From IMG/VR virus record IMGVR_UViG_3300035698_024657, positions 1 through 64,000 of that record: DNA of 64,000 bases; one strand, written 5' to 3'. The notes under the pieces were generated by a model. That model did not search any database, had not been told where the DNA came from, and saw nothing but the letters and a program-made list of their open reading frames with translations. The DNA comes from a virus. Of this stretch, positions 39,001-47,707 are shown in pieces (the stretch's first letter is position 1; each line of letters opens with the position of its first letter). Made by a program: the position numbers and the translations under genes.

Positions 39001-39605
39001 AAGGTACGCGGATAAATGAGCTTACCTCGCGGATCAAGCCCAGCTTGAATAACTATACGATTTCGGGTATTATTGAAATCCATGAACTCTACGGTAAATT
39101 CAGCACCTTTCGCAGTTTTTGGTTGTCCCGGAAACTTTTGCGAACGTATACCGCGTTGAAACTTCAATTGAGGATTATCAATACCGAATTGTTGAATATA
39201 TTCTCCAGTACTTTGAACAAGCCTACCGTAAATAGCTTTATCTACCCACGTGTTAATTCCTCTACTGGGTGCACGATTATTATCTTGATATCTATCAGCC
39301 CGATTGACAATACTTGTATTATCTCGAACAACGGCAGTCGTACCCTCACGAAGGATCCCTGCGCATTTCGGGCATTCTATATAAGTACTACCTTTCCTTA
39401 CCGCCTGTTTAACTTGTTTCTCAACGTCGCTTGAAGTAAATTGTAACCTGCATTGAGGACAAGTATAGGAAGTAACCACTTTCCGTGAATGTGTAGGCAA
39501 ATTAACATGAAAAGCTTTTTGCTGTTCTGCCTCCTTACCCACAACTTGTTTAAGCTTAGTAACATCCAACCATTTTGGACGCCTTGGTTGATTTGGATTA
39601 TTCAT
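36033..39605 (-). CDS. large modular virion-associated protein with DUF5661-like domain
   Basis: 1190 aa; Zn ribbons; GGLAD....FDPEELAMG.EIEKEHT.D...AEEIAKDHL.EIPDYYTRL; C-terminal coiled coil. Confidence 0.75.
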   Translation of the reverse strand: MNNPNQPRRPKWLDVTKLKQVVGKEAEQQKAFHVNLPTHSRKVVTSYTCPQCRLQFTSSDVEKQVKQAVRKGSTYIECPKCAGILREGTTAVVRDNTSIVNRADRYQDNNRAPSRGINTWVDKAIYGRLVQSTGEYIQQFGIDNPQLKFQRGIRSQKFPGQPKTAKGAEFTVEFMDFNNTRNRIVIQAGLDPRGKLIYPRTFKTLSGTEYPLTKEAITDLTSGKLYDAVMSDAVIPSLTYRDPDITRFREISASKSGITKTAENLDPAAMDATIQGMGVTAPEDVQAMKDVLTKYQGTPAGATPIGAPPAPASQNMGGGAFMNGLGLSRKLNMKKKADILDQITEEYWSMLISDSTTLQWLQSGTEDPMAIIQEFVYELPRELFPPNTVMNIDQGDNLAKITPEITNLSGEIAPRLHQKWLQYSQSNGQGFARKLNMKKKAEFPQFDGMQESAPIDNSWNQVGVEALYRAVEDGLAFPEAYATVRDATQGQALITQAEFDQMGQALVGDIAPAPAPDILANKAAELIKQAEMDNVRHLHTTAEIVKAEFAFDGMTSSQMDQWVDTYIDSYNTSLDKGEGLMVASQNAHKTAANALASSKIKLALRDKDTLTPITDPDPDYSIATTDEFETEFGGKYEDTDGGILPMNEREYSTMFKGKTTEATIQKEAEATGVDLGGDTVGQNPINYSRLKGIVQDYIRAGNIPPTKVDLQKLKDGGYALEELQSLVDTFKVDRDAIFPTAHAAIDPEVLRKRAEEKLGDLFKQMPVQKEVITPPIEGERGAEGKARGEGSLPFAKKEEATDDKLPGGLADGDPSSDFDPEELAMGVEIEKEHTVDMALAEEIAKDHLKEIPDYYTRLDKMEEEAKAEQGEVTDTDSLFAALKVTARQDRKAMGMDFEGNPEGLDHVCSYCRSTYDDATGLPIRKISDEEYATVQSHGMCGQCYQVKRQELAEYRAAKDRQASGEKLTKTAVWPFGKSDGGEPEEVPPAAGESIEPAMRIDPPKMLKQKSPGVDDSAPPEASPEQAELMQSLATSKTRVDQLKLEVNRLQIELQQQIAPIQAQIGDESNNQLRATKALVELMSALDQELIQTGDQIGYYAEAVVNKRLTPSTQVKVLLEKFGVKAEQALAEAQANLDKMTELTVGQYKQWPNKNAATETDTYLATLYQNTYNTVAGLLGDVQELNVALAA
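38281..38623. repeat. 31-bp direct repeat encoding RKLNMKKKA
   Basis: TCTGCTTTCTTTTTCATATTCAATTTACGAG at 38281-38311 and 38593-38623. Confidence 0.85.
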
Positions 39606-39639
39606 TATACCCTCATTTATCCTTAGTACTTATTAACAT

Positions 39640-41961
39640 TTAAAAGTTTACGGGAACGTTCATGCCACTAAGATCTTCTGCGCCACCATCAGGCTGTCCA
39701 CCGACTTGACCTGGTTGGGGTCCTTGGCCTGGACCCATTTGACCAGGTTCTGGTCCTACAGGCGGCTGCTCGGCGCCCTCTAATGCAATTGGTGGAGCTT
39801 CTTCTTGATCATAGTCAATAGTGATCTTTTTGTTTTCTGGATCAAGTTCAATATTGACCTTTGGTGCAGCTTGTTCAAACGGTACCGCTTGGTCAGCTAA
39901 ATTCTCTTGGAGGGCAGTCTGTAATTGATTTGGATCAGGTTCACCTGGTCCAGGATTCTTAACTTCCCAACCCATAGGATCTACATCCATTCCGCCAGGA
40001 TATCCTCCACCACCACCACGTAACGTTTCCATACCAGGAAGGTCTAACGCAAATCGCTGACCAGAGGCAGTTTTAAAAATCGTGAATGCAAAAGCATCGC
40101 CAGCAGTTGAAAGTAACTGATCAGGATACTTATAACCAAGATTATTTAATCCATTACGTAACAGATCCCAATTGATTGTAGGGAAAGTTGTTGCGTGTTG
40201 GGTAATAAGGTGGGCTGCGGGCGCAGGAACACTATATTGATGATTCATTACATTTACTGCATCACTTACAAACTTTTGACGATCACGTAAAGTACCAAAC
40301 GTAGTAGGCTTCACGACAGCAACATTTATGTGCGAATCGATAGCTTCGCCAAGTTTTGCGGTCGCCATAGAATGCGCATCTGCTTTAGCTTGTGCAAGAT
40401 TACCTTGCATATCCCAGATATCAGTCTCGGGTGCTTTAGGAGGTGCAAATTCTTCTGTAGTAGGCGCTTCTGCCTTCTCATCAGCAGCAGTCGTATACAA
40501 CCACTCACTCAATAAGTTTTTATCTTCTGAAGACAATACCTGTTGAAGCTCAACAGGTAAGTATCGAGACATATACGTAACGATCGCCTGCTTAACTAAA
40601 GTATTTTCAAACTCAGCCGTGACGGTAGTGCCGGGTGCCTCTACTTCATGATTACGCAATGCCTGAGATACCATTCCATCTACAAACTCAAGTGCCGCGG
40701 TTTTAATGTTATCAAACCTATGGTCAAGTACAGCAGTCTTCTTAGTGCCTTCATCATCTGATGATCGCACAGGAGACGCATCCATAGGTAAAGCAGAAAC
40801 GGGCGCGTCAAAACCAGTATTAGGATTAATTTTCATGATATCGGTATCATAAATAAGATCAGGTTCTTGTGAACCAAAATCAATCATGTAAAACTTGCCT
40901 AGTTTTTTATCAAAACTAACATTAACAATTGTACCATGTTCGCCCGTACTCTTTTTCTGAACTTGATCACCAATATTTAACTGCCGCCCACGCTTTACAA
41001 ATCCTTCAAAATGTGCAAACTGACTTGCAGGCATTGAAGTGCCCGCAGACATTTCGGATGAAGAAGGATTGGCTTTAATTGATGGAGGAAAAGACTCGGG
41101 CATTCCACCCATACCTGAAGGAGATTCCATTCCCGGCGTAGGTGCCCCCGCATCTGAGCCATCGGGCATTATGGGCGGTTGTGGATATGCACCCTTCATA
41201 TAATCCCGGAACATCTTAGTATCATTAGGATCACTTGGATCAGTAGTAATATTTTGGATCGTAATACCGGTTTTGGTTATTTTACATAAATCTTGAATCC
41301 GTGCAGATAATTCTTGACCACCTTGAGATTCAAAATGTATATATGTACCATCATGGCTAAATCGGGTAATTTTTCCGCCGATGTTTTTATGTGAAAACAT
41401 CCGTACATCATCACCTACGGCAATTTCTCTATGATCTTTAACTGTAGTGAGATCAGTATTTTCAACCCAAAAAGATGTCCCATCATCAAAAGTCAATTGT
41501 GACTTTACAGGATCAGCAGCAGTTACTTCACCGCGCTTACCTTTATATTTATTATGGACGGACTCTCTGTGCCTCGGAGTAACTTCAACCAAATCACCGG
41601 GGTGCATAATGATTGCGTCTTTTGCAATTGATGCAACTTTAGTTATGCCTTTCGCAGCAGCCTTCAAGCCACGTAAAATGGTATCGTTTTGATCAGTATA
41701 ACAAACTAACCAATCCTCCCCATTAATTGCCTCAACGGACCAAATATTGCCCGCATCTACGTCATTTTTATGTTGAAAAACATCGAAACCGATTTTACGA
41801 AAACCTTGTGCTTTAGCATCTGCAAGTAGTACATGACCGGCTTTACGTAAAGCGTTTTTACGTTGATCTACGTTGCCCTGGTTAATCTTACTTAGGATCT
41901 GGCGACGTTGTTGAACTATCTCTTGCCGCGTGTTCGGCAGTTTCATGAGCAGTCCCTCCAT
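39640..41961 (-). CDS. large protein with three SH3/KOW-like beta domains
   Basis: PGDLVEV..KRGEV, VGDDVR..GKIT, IGDQVQ..GEHGTI; several KTA-type motifs. Confidence 0.7.
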   Translation of the reverse strand: MEGLLMKLPNTRQEIVQQRRQILSKINQGNVDQRKNALRKAGHVLLADAKAQGFRKIGFDVFQHKNDVDAGNIWSVEAINGEDWLVCYTDQNDTILRGLKAAAKGITKVASIAKDAIIMHPGDLVEVTPRHRESVHNKYKGKRGEVTAADPVKSQLTFDDGTSFWVENTDLTTVKDHREIAVGDDVRMFSHKNIGGKITRFSHDGTYIHFESQGGQELSARIQDLCKITKTGITIQNITTDPSDPNDTKMFRDYMKGAYPQPPIMPDGSDAGAPTPGMESPSGMGGMPESFPPSIKANPSSSEMSAGTSMPASQFAHFEGFVKRGRQLNIGDQVQKKSTGEHGTIVNVSFDKKLGKFYMIDFGSQEPDLIYDTDIMKINPNTGFDAPVSALPMDASPVRSSDDEGTKKTAVLDHRFDNIKTAALEFVDGMVSQALRNHEVEAPGTTVTAEFENTLVKQAIVTYMSRYLPVELQQVLSSEDKNLLSEWLYTTAADEKAEAPTTEEFAPPKAPETDIWDMQGNLAQAKADAHSMATAKLGEAIDSHINVAVVKPTTFGTLRDRQKFVSDAVNVMNHQYSVPAPAAHLITQHATTFPTINWDLLRNGLNNLGYKYPDQLLSTAGDAFAFTIFKTASGQRFALDLPGMETLRGGGGGYPGGMDVDPMGWEVKNPGPGEPDPNQLQTALQENLADQAVPFEQAAPKVNIELDPENKKITIDYDQEEAPPIALEGAEQPPVGPEPGQMGPGQGPQPGQVGGQPDGGAEDLSGMNVPVNF

Positions 41962-42115
41962 TTATATTATCAGTATCATTTTGAACACTATGAACAGTAT
42001 TACCGCATTCACCGCAAACAGTTTCATCCCCTGTTGCAGAAAGGGTTACGCGTGTGCCACATTGACATAACCGAGTTACTGAGGTTACTGTTGAGGCTAC
42101 TTTCTTTGTAAGCAT
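41888..42115 (-). CDS. small Zn-ribbon protein
   Basis: CQCG...CGEC; GGAG SD. Confidence 0.6.
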   Translation of the reverse strand: MLTKKVASTVTSVTRLCQCGTRVTLSATGDETVCGECGNTVHSVQNDTDNINGGTAHETAEHAARDSSTTSPDPK

Positions 42116-42160
42116 AATACTCCATCCTTTAATTACTCTATGTTAATATTATAGTTAACT

Positions 42161-42205
42161 ATTTTGGAAAACTAAAAAGGGGGTTGTCCCCCCATTTTCC
42201 AAAAT
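42161..42205 (-). terminator. terminator between replication and virion blocks
   Basis: GGGGG-ACAA-CCCCC-TTTTT on the - strand, inside an outer ATTTTGGAAAA/TTTTCCAAAAT inverted repeat. Confidence 0.65.
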
Positions 42206-42224
42206 TATATGAAATTGTACAAAA

Positions 42225-42473
42225 TTACTCGGTATCGTCGGATAAACCGAGAAGAGTGTCGGCAGAAACCTGGACGTAAAGACACAGTTTCTTGAAATTC
42301 AGTAAACTTGGACTACGTTTACCTTCAAGATAATCCCGCATTTGTTGGGGATTGATTTGAAGTTTTTCTCGAATGGTCTTGAATTTACGGGCAGATGGAG
42401 GCAATTTAGCGAAGGCCACCTTCAATAAGGCGTGATGCATCACGAACCATCCATCGAATCCGTCTTTAATCAC
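42225..42473 (-). CDS. XRE-family HTH regulator
   Basis: YLEGKRSPSL..FKKLC....VSADTLLG. Confidence 0.8.
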   Translation of the reverse strand: MIKDGFDGWFVMHHALLKVAFAKLPPSARKFKTIREKLQINPQQMRDYLEGKRSPSLLNFKKLCLYVQVSADTLLGLSDDTE

Positions 42474-42990
42474 GATTTAAGGACCATTTAATTCCCCCCG
42501 CAACATAAATGGGGGCAGCTTTTAAAAGGTCGGAAATATAAATAGGTAGAACACCTAAATGGCCCACCGGCAAATTCAACATTCGAAGTGCGTCGTATAC
42601 GCCATCGACTTTTTCGGGATCTGGTACATCTAACGTATTAGTTAATAACGATTTAAACGTATCTACACTTAAAAAGATTGCAACAGGTTGCCTGTCTTGA
42701 TTTGCAAGAATTATGCGCTGTTTTGCAATTGCATTGAAGAGTAACGGCTCATCATTAATCAATTGTGCCACAACTGCATCTCTAATTCCCTCAAGTACTT
42801 CTTCAGTATCTTTTAATGTGCCTAATTCATTATTTCCCAACTTTAACCGCTTTATTGCCCATTGACGTACGATCTGCCCAAAATCTCCTCGAGACATCAA
42901 GGAAATTATCAAAGCGGTCATAAATATTGAAGTTCCTGCCACTATACTCAGGAGCCATACAGGAGCCATAGAATTTAGACTGTCTACCAT
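42466..42990 (-). CDS. membrane-anchored hypothetical protein
   Basis: N-terminal TM helix. Confidence 0.6.
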   Translation of the reverse strand: MVDSLNSMAPVWLLSIVAGTSIFMTALIISLMSRGDFGQIVRQWAIKRLKLGNNELGTLKDTEEVLEGIRDAVVAQLINDEPLLFNAIAKQRIILANQDRQPVAIFLSVDTFKSLLTNTLDVPDPEKVDGVYDALRMLNLPVGHLGVLPIYISDLLKAAPIYVAGGIKWSLNRD

Positions 42991-42993
42991 AAT

Positions 42994-43578
42994 TTAACCT
43001 TTCACTAACAACGTACGACGTTTAACTTCGTTCAACAAGTCATCTATAGGTATTTGACTTAAATCAATAACTTCTCTATCTCTTATACACTTAATAAATC
43101 GAATAAGTTCCAGAAAATGATGTCTTGGAACAACATAATGTATAGAATTGCCGAAATGTCCATCAGCCCAACAATATTTCCGCAACCCCACTTCATTCGG
43201 ACGTATGCCCTTAAATTTGATTGCCACAATCGATAAACGGTTATTATGTTCTGCTTCATGAAGCGCTTGATCGACCCACTCTTTCTTGACCGAGAAGCTT
43301 CGCATCGGTCGACCAGTGTCAGCCTTCTTTTTGCTTGCCGTCTTGTAATGTTTGCACTCTATGAGCACGTCTTTTGGCGATAAGCCTAGTTTTGCGAGCT
43401 CTAAGGAGACGTCGCCTTCCAACATACTCTGCGCACCAGTTTTTGTGGAATTTTTTGATCTGCCCGATCCTTCTACGCGAAAGATTAGATCGTCGCAGCG
43501 ACTTTTTTCGATGTCCGGAAATGCAGCGCGCCAAAAATCCACCTCCTCTATCTCAAAAGAGTATCCTTTATTACCCAT
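42994..43578 (-). CDS. PD-(D/E)XK nuclease, Holliday junction resolvase-like
   Basis: GYSFE...RVEGSG...EGDV...LIECK. Confidence 0.7.
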   Translation of the reverse strand: MGNKGYSFEIEEVDFWRAAFPDIEKSRCDDLIFRVEGSGRSKNSTKTGAQSMLEGDVSLELAKLGLSPKDVLIECKHYKTASKKKADTGRPMRSFSVKKEWVDQALHEAEHNNRLSIVAIKFKGIRPNEVGLRKYCWADGHFGNSIHYVVPRHHFLELIRFIKCIRDREVIDLSQIPIDDLLNEVKRRTLLVKG

Positions 43579-43817
43579 TAGTTACCTTCTAATTTCCACC
43601 ATTTTCGCCAACCGTATAAATTTGACACCACAAGAATTATATTCAGGACTAAAATAGGCCAAAGGGTAAAATAGATACAATAGGTAATTATGCATATGTT
43701 CGATATTAACCATACCCCCCAGCATGACATCTTCTTATGCGCATTGAGTAATAGTCCGCCAATACGACATGCTGCGCCTATCCAGCCAATAATCTCAACA
43801 ATACTACTGGTGCCCAT
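43578..43817 (-). CDS. small PnuC-like three-TM membrane protein
   Basis: W.VWL.SN...YGWRKW pattern. Confidence 0.55.
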   Translation of the reverse strand: MGTSSIVEIIGWIGAACRIGGLLLNAHKKMSCWGVWLISNICIITYCIYFTLWPILVLNIILVVSNLYGWRKWWKLEGN

Positions 43818-44290
43818 TATATTTCTTGATCGAACAACTTTTTCATATATGCAAGTGCTTGCGACTCTTCTACAAAGATCACACTAGCCGCTTCCTGTAC
43901 AAAGGCATGATCATGAAGATTTTTATCTTCCATTACAACTACTACGTATTTTCCAAGTAGTGCTGCCCATGCTAACTCCATCATACATCCGATTGAAACG
44001 GCTTTTGCCCCAGTAAGATCCACGTAAGCAATATCACTATGCTGGACCATCCACTTATCTCGTGCAAAGATTGAATGGGGTGAAGCCACACCGCCATAGT
44101 CGCAGCGTTTTGTAAACGTCTCAGCACCTTCAACAGACTTGTGCAATTCACTCTTACCTGTCATAGGCTGAAGCACCTCGAAGCCAATAGCTTCTAGGGT
44201 AGTTTTGATATTCGTATAATACCCTGCAACCTCATCCCATGTAAGCCCACTAATCGGATGGGAACAATATACTCTAAACTTTTTCTGCAC
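43817..44290 (-). CDS. nucleoside 2-deoxyribosyltransferase / dNMP N-glycosidase family
   Basis: VY.S.PISG; RD..MV..SD; SIG..MELAWA..LGK. Confidence 0.8.
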   Translation of the reverse strand: MQKKFRVYCSHPISGLTWDEVAGYYTNIKTTLEAIGFEVLQPMTGKSELHKSVEGAETFTKRCDYGGVASPHSIFARDKWMVQHSDIAYVDLTGAKAVSIGCMMELAWAALLGKYVVVVMEDKNLHDHAFVQEAASVIFVEESQALAYMKKLFDQEI

Positions 44291-44293
44291 GCT

Positions 44294-44527
44294 TTACTCC
44301 TCGTATTGGTAAATAGCATCTTTAACATATTGTTGAATTTCCTCAAGAGAATCCATCACATCAATCGCATCTAATATAATTTGCTTATCGTTGGCATTAA
44401 TGTTTGAAGTGCACGCGCATTTATGTACATGTGCATACGCAACGTGTGCCGTTTTCGCTTTTTGTACTTGCCTCTGTACTTTACGTAGAATCGACACTTT
44501 TTGCTTACTCATCCCAATTTTCCCCAC
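44294..44527 (-). CDS. hypothetical protein
   Basis: Closely packed ORF. Confidence 0.55.
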   Translation of the reverse strand: MGKIGMSKQKVSILRKVQRQVQKAKTAHVAYAHVHKCACTSNINANDKQIILDAIDVMDSLEEIQQYVKDAIYQYEE

Positions 44528-44532
44528 GTAAC

Positions 44533-45099
44533 TTACGCCAATTTTAATATTTCAGTAAAGATTAAGTCGACGATCTCATCAATAGAACATTCAGGTGAAG
44601 TTTCTAAATCAAAAAAGCCCGTACCCTCTATATCGTCAAATCCTGTTTCAGAAGGATGGTCTAAATTAACAGTACCTTTATTGCCCTCGGTATCTCGAGA
44701 TAATTGTAACTCTCGGGTAGTCACAAGACGCACTGTTTTGAAACCGTGCTCACGTAAACGTTCAACCTCTCCTGAAAATCTGCAATCATCACAAATATAA
44801 AAATCATACTCACCTTCATCTTGCAAATCTTTCAAATCAGCCAGCATAAGGTTAACCCAAAAATCTTCCGTACCGAAATACTTACCTGCAAATTTTCGCA
44901 TTATTTCAGTGCCCATATATTGCATCGCAGGACGATCATGGCGATCATAGCCCCGAGCAAGAAGAACTTTTAGCCAATGTGCAAGACTGAGGCGTTTTGC
45001 ATAGTGTTTACGTGCCGCCATTCTTGCGATTATTTCACGAGTAACATATGTTTTACCCGAGCGCATTTTCCCGGAAATTAAAAGGTTAGGTATGGCCAT
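44533..45099 (-). CDS. deoxynucleoside monophosphate kinase
   Basis: SGKMRSGKT; LA..LK; R..MQ.MGTE; DCRF..E; HPSE. Confidence 0.88.
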   Translation of the reverse strand: MAIPNLLISGKMRSGKTYVTREIIARMAARKHYAKRLSLAHWLKVLLARGYDRHDRPAMQYMGTEIMRKFAGKYFGTEDFWVNLMLADLKDLQDEGEYDFYICDDCRFSGEVERLREHGFKTVRLVTTRELQLSRDTEGNKGTVNLDHPSETGFDDIEGTGFFDLETSPECSIDEIVDLIFTEILKLA

Positions 45100-45214
45100 T
45101 TTGTTCCTCCTTCCTATCTTTTTTAACTTTATGTGCAGTCCAATAAACCGTTACCGCTGAACGGATAACATCCCATACGATCATCCCTATTAATACAAAT
45201 AACCAGTCCATATA

Positions 45215-45850
45215 TCACCTAATATACGATACACCTTTTTTCTGGTGCACTTCAATTGTATTAGTTGCAAATTCCATCAATTTTTCATTATGCGTAATAA
45301 GAATTATTTGACGATCAAATTGTTTCGATACTTCAGTCAAAAATTTTCCAAATGCCCCAACATGTTGTGCAGATACATTTTTTCCGGGTTCATCTAAAAT
45401 TAACGGACCTTTGAGGTTCATCAATTGCATAATGATTATACGTAACGAAATACTAATCACGTCTGCAATACCACCACCATACGTAATTAAAATCTCACCT
45501 CGAATTGGGTTTGTATCTACTCGAGATAAATCAAATTCAGCTTCAACCTGGTTTCTTTTGGTGATGAAATTAATATTGAATTGAATAGTAGGATCATCAA
45601 AAATATCGCGTAAACCTTGAGTCACCAAAAGTTCAACTTTCGCTTTAATGCGGTCACGGGAAACTATATTACATTGTTCCAATAACCGTAGAGATGCTTC
45701 AAGGGAAGTGTTCTCCTTTTTCGCAGCATCACATTTGGCGAGAGCCGTAACAAGTGAGTGCTGCGCGGCAGATTTTTCACCATCAAATTTAGCTAATGCC
45801 ACCTTCGTGGTAGTAAGTTTATCTAATAACGTATCTAATTGGTGTGACAT
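45215..45850 (-). CDS. Rad50/SbcC C-terminal half
   Basis: Coiled coil, YGGG signature variant, LILDEP Walker B, ILITH H-loop. Confidence 0.85.
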   Translation of the reverse strand: MSHQLDTLLDKLTTTKVALAKFDGEKSAAQHSLVTALAKCDAAKKENTSLEASLRLLEQCNIVSRDRIKAKVELLVTQGLRDIFDDPTIQFNINFITKRNQVEAEFDLSRVDTNPIRGEILITYGGGIADVISISLRIIIMQLMNLKGPLILDEPGKNVSAQHVGAFGKFLTEVSKQFDRQIILITHNEKLMEFATNTIEVHQKKGVSYIR

Positions 45851-45851
45851 A

Positions 45852-46091
45852 CTATAGGTCTACTGTAGAAAGTTGTACTTCAACCTCTTCAAACTTTTTT
45901 GCAATATCTTGCTGCAACGTTACAATACTATCTTTAATAGTTTGAACAGATTCACCCTGTTCTTCCATTTCTGCAATAATTTCAGCTCGACGTTGCTGTA
46001 AACTTTCTAATTGCGTAGTGGCCCGAATTTTCTCATTCCTATGTTTAATTACCTGTGCCTCTAACGCAGCCAATTCTGCTTCACTGTGCAT
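45852..46091 (-). CDS. coiled-coil protein
   Basis: Continuous heptads; directly upstream of the Rad50 C-half. Confidence 0.6.
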   Translation of the reverse strand: MHSEAELAALEAQVIKHRNEKIRATTQLESLQQRRAEIIAEMEEQGESVQTIKDSIVTLQQDIAKKFEEVEVQLSTVDL

Positions 46092-46800
46092 TACTACTCC
46101 TTAACAATTCGAGAAACGCATTTTTACCGTATTTAAGCATAAAACTAGCAGGATCTTCACCATCAGGAAGATTGACTGCAACTACATGTATTTTATTATC
46201 TAAATATACCTCATCAAGATACTTTTGCGCCTTTAACTGTGCTTTCTTTCCCGCATCATCTGCATCAAACACAATATATACCTTTTGTGCATAGCGCGCT
46301 AACGTTCTTGCCGCCGCAGGTTTAAACGCAACACCAGAAGAAGCGACTGTGCTAAGTAACCCATATTGATGCAAAATAAGTGCATCCATTTGACCTTCAA
46401 CCAATATTGCAGTACCTGTTTTAATGATCGCAGGCTTTGCTAAATGGTACAAATAAAGAAGTCTGCCTTTTTGAAATTTTGCAGATTCCTTTACATTAAT
46501 GTATTTCGCAGGCGCATTTATTAATGTACGCCCAGTCCAGCCTACAGGATGCCCAAAAGATGAATGAATTGGAAATATTAATCGATCATGGAAGCGTTTA
46601 CCTATTTTAGGTTGAGAAGGTGCATACCCTAATTGGTGTTTAATCACAGATTCTTTAGATACACCACGTGACTTTAAATACGCCTTCACCTCAGGTGCAG
46701 CCTTTAATTCTGCGTGATAATATTCAATTGCCATCTGAATTTTATCTATACCTAAAGCAAGTTGAATTTCTTTCTCTCTTCGTGTAAGATCATTCAACAT
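46081..46800 (-). CDS. dnaG: DnaG-type primase core (TOPRIM) lacking the Zn-binding domain
   Basis: YL.SRG, LGYAP, RLIFPI, GR, KYIN, VEG.MD, FDADDAG, DPA; N-terminal REKEIQLALGI tag. Confidence 0.88.
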   Translation of the reverse strand: MLNDLTRREKEIQLALGIDKIQMAIEYYHAELKAAPEVKAYLKSRGVSKESVIKHQLGYAPSQPKIGKRFHDRLIFPIHSSFGHPVGWTGRTLINAPAKYINVKESAKFQKGRLLYLYHLAKPAIIKTGTAILVEGQMDALILHQYGLLSTVASSGVAFKPAAARTLARYAQKVYIVFDADDAGKKAQLKAQKYLDEVYLDNKIHVVAVNLPDGEDPASFMLKYGKNAFLELLRSSNAQ

Positions 46801-47707
46801 ATGCTAACGCTTTAGTGATAACGGATTTCGGATACTTCCCTTCTTGTCCTACTAACATAATCAAATCTTTAAGATTATCATACTGCAGGGTACTTGCCTT
46901 TTCTTCTAATAACTGCATAAACGTATCAAAACTTCCGAACACTTCCGCAGCTTCGATTTCTTTAGTTTCAAACACATCTACTGGAACATTAAGTGGAATA
47001 AATTCCCAAGATTCTTCACCAACCTTATCAGTATCTACGATAATTATACCTGGCGAATACTGTCTTTGCACATTCTCAGTACGTCCTAAAGAACCTACAT
47101 TAATGACCGTAGTCTTACCTACCTGTACCGGTTTAAATCCTGGATGATAGTGCCCACATACAAGAAGATCTGCCCAGGTTACAATGTTTCGGACATCTGT
47201 ATACTTGCCAAATCCCCATGGTTCACTCATTGTCATTCCATGACAAATTTCTATTAAATATGCATCAGGGTCTACTTTACTCCTATAGTAATCTGTCATA
47301 GGGTGCTCATCAAGCCCATATGAATGTGATACCCCTGCAATTTGAGTATTCCTCCCAATTACTTGAGTATCTTTCAATAGTTTAACGGTGCCCGAAGCTA
47401 GTAAGGTTCCCAATCCTGTACGATATAGTGTATCATCATTGTACCCAAATTTATCATGAGACCCTACAATACTGTATATAGGTATCTGCCAATATGAAAA
47501 TACTTGCAAATAGTTATTTACTACGCTGGTCGACGGATCGGGCGAATCAAATAAATCTCCACCAATAAGAACTGCGTGAATTCCTTGGCTGGTAATAATT
47601 TGACCAATTTGGCGAAATTTTTCCCATAATGCCGCGGGATAATCATCTATTCTACTGCGAGGTGTGGACGCGCGAATATGTGCATCTGTAAAAATCAATA
47701 GTTTCAT
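46790..47707 (-). CDS. sbcD: Mre11/SbcD nuclease
   Basis: TDAH, GGDLFD, GSHD, HG, GHYH, GSLGR. Confidence 0.88.
   Translation of the reverse strand: MKLLIFTDAHIRASTPRSRIDDYPAALWEKFRQIGQIITSQGIHAVLIGGDLFDSPDPSTSVVNNYLQVFSYWQIPIYSIVGSHDKFGYNDDTLYRTGLGTLLASGTVKLLKDTQVIGRNTQIAGVSHSYGLDEHPMTDYYRSKVDPDAYLIEICHGMTMSEPWGFGKYTDVRNIVTWADLLVCGHYHPGFKPVQVGKTTVINVGSLGRTENVQRQYSPGIIIVDTDKVGEESWEFIPLNVPVDVFETKEIEAAEVFGSFDTFMQLLEEKASTLQYDNLKDLIMLVGQEGKYPKSVITKALAYVE

Noticed and set aside
36033-41961. Major capsid or portal protein assignment
   Set aside because: No HK97-fold or portal motifs recognisable by eye; left as probable virion-associated proteins.
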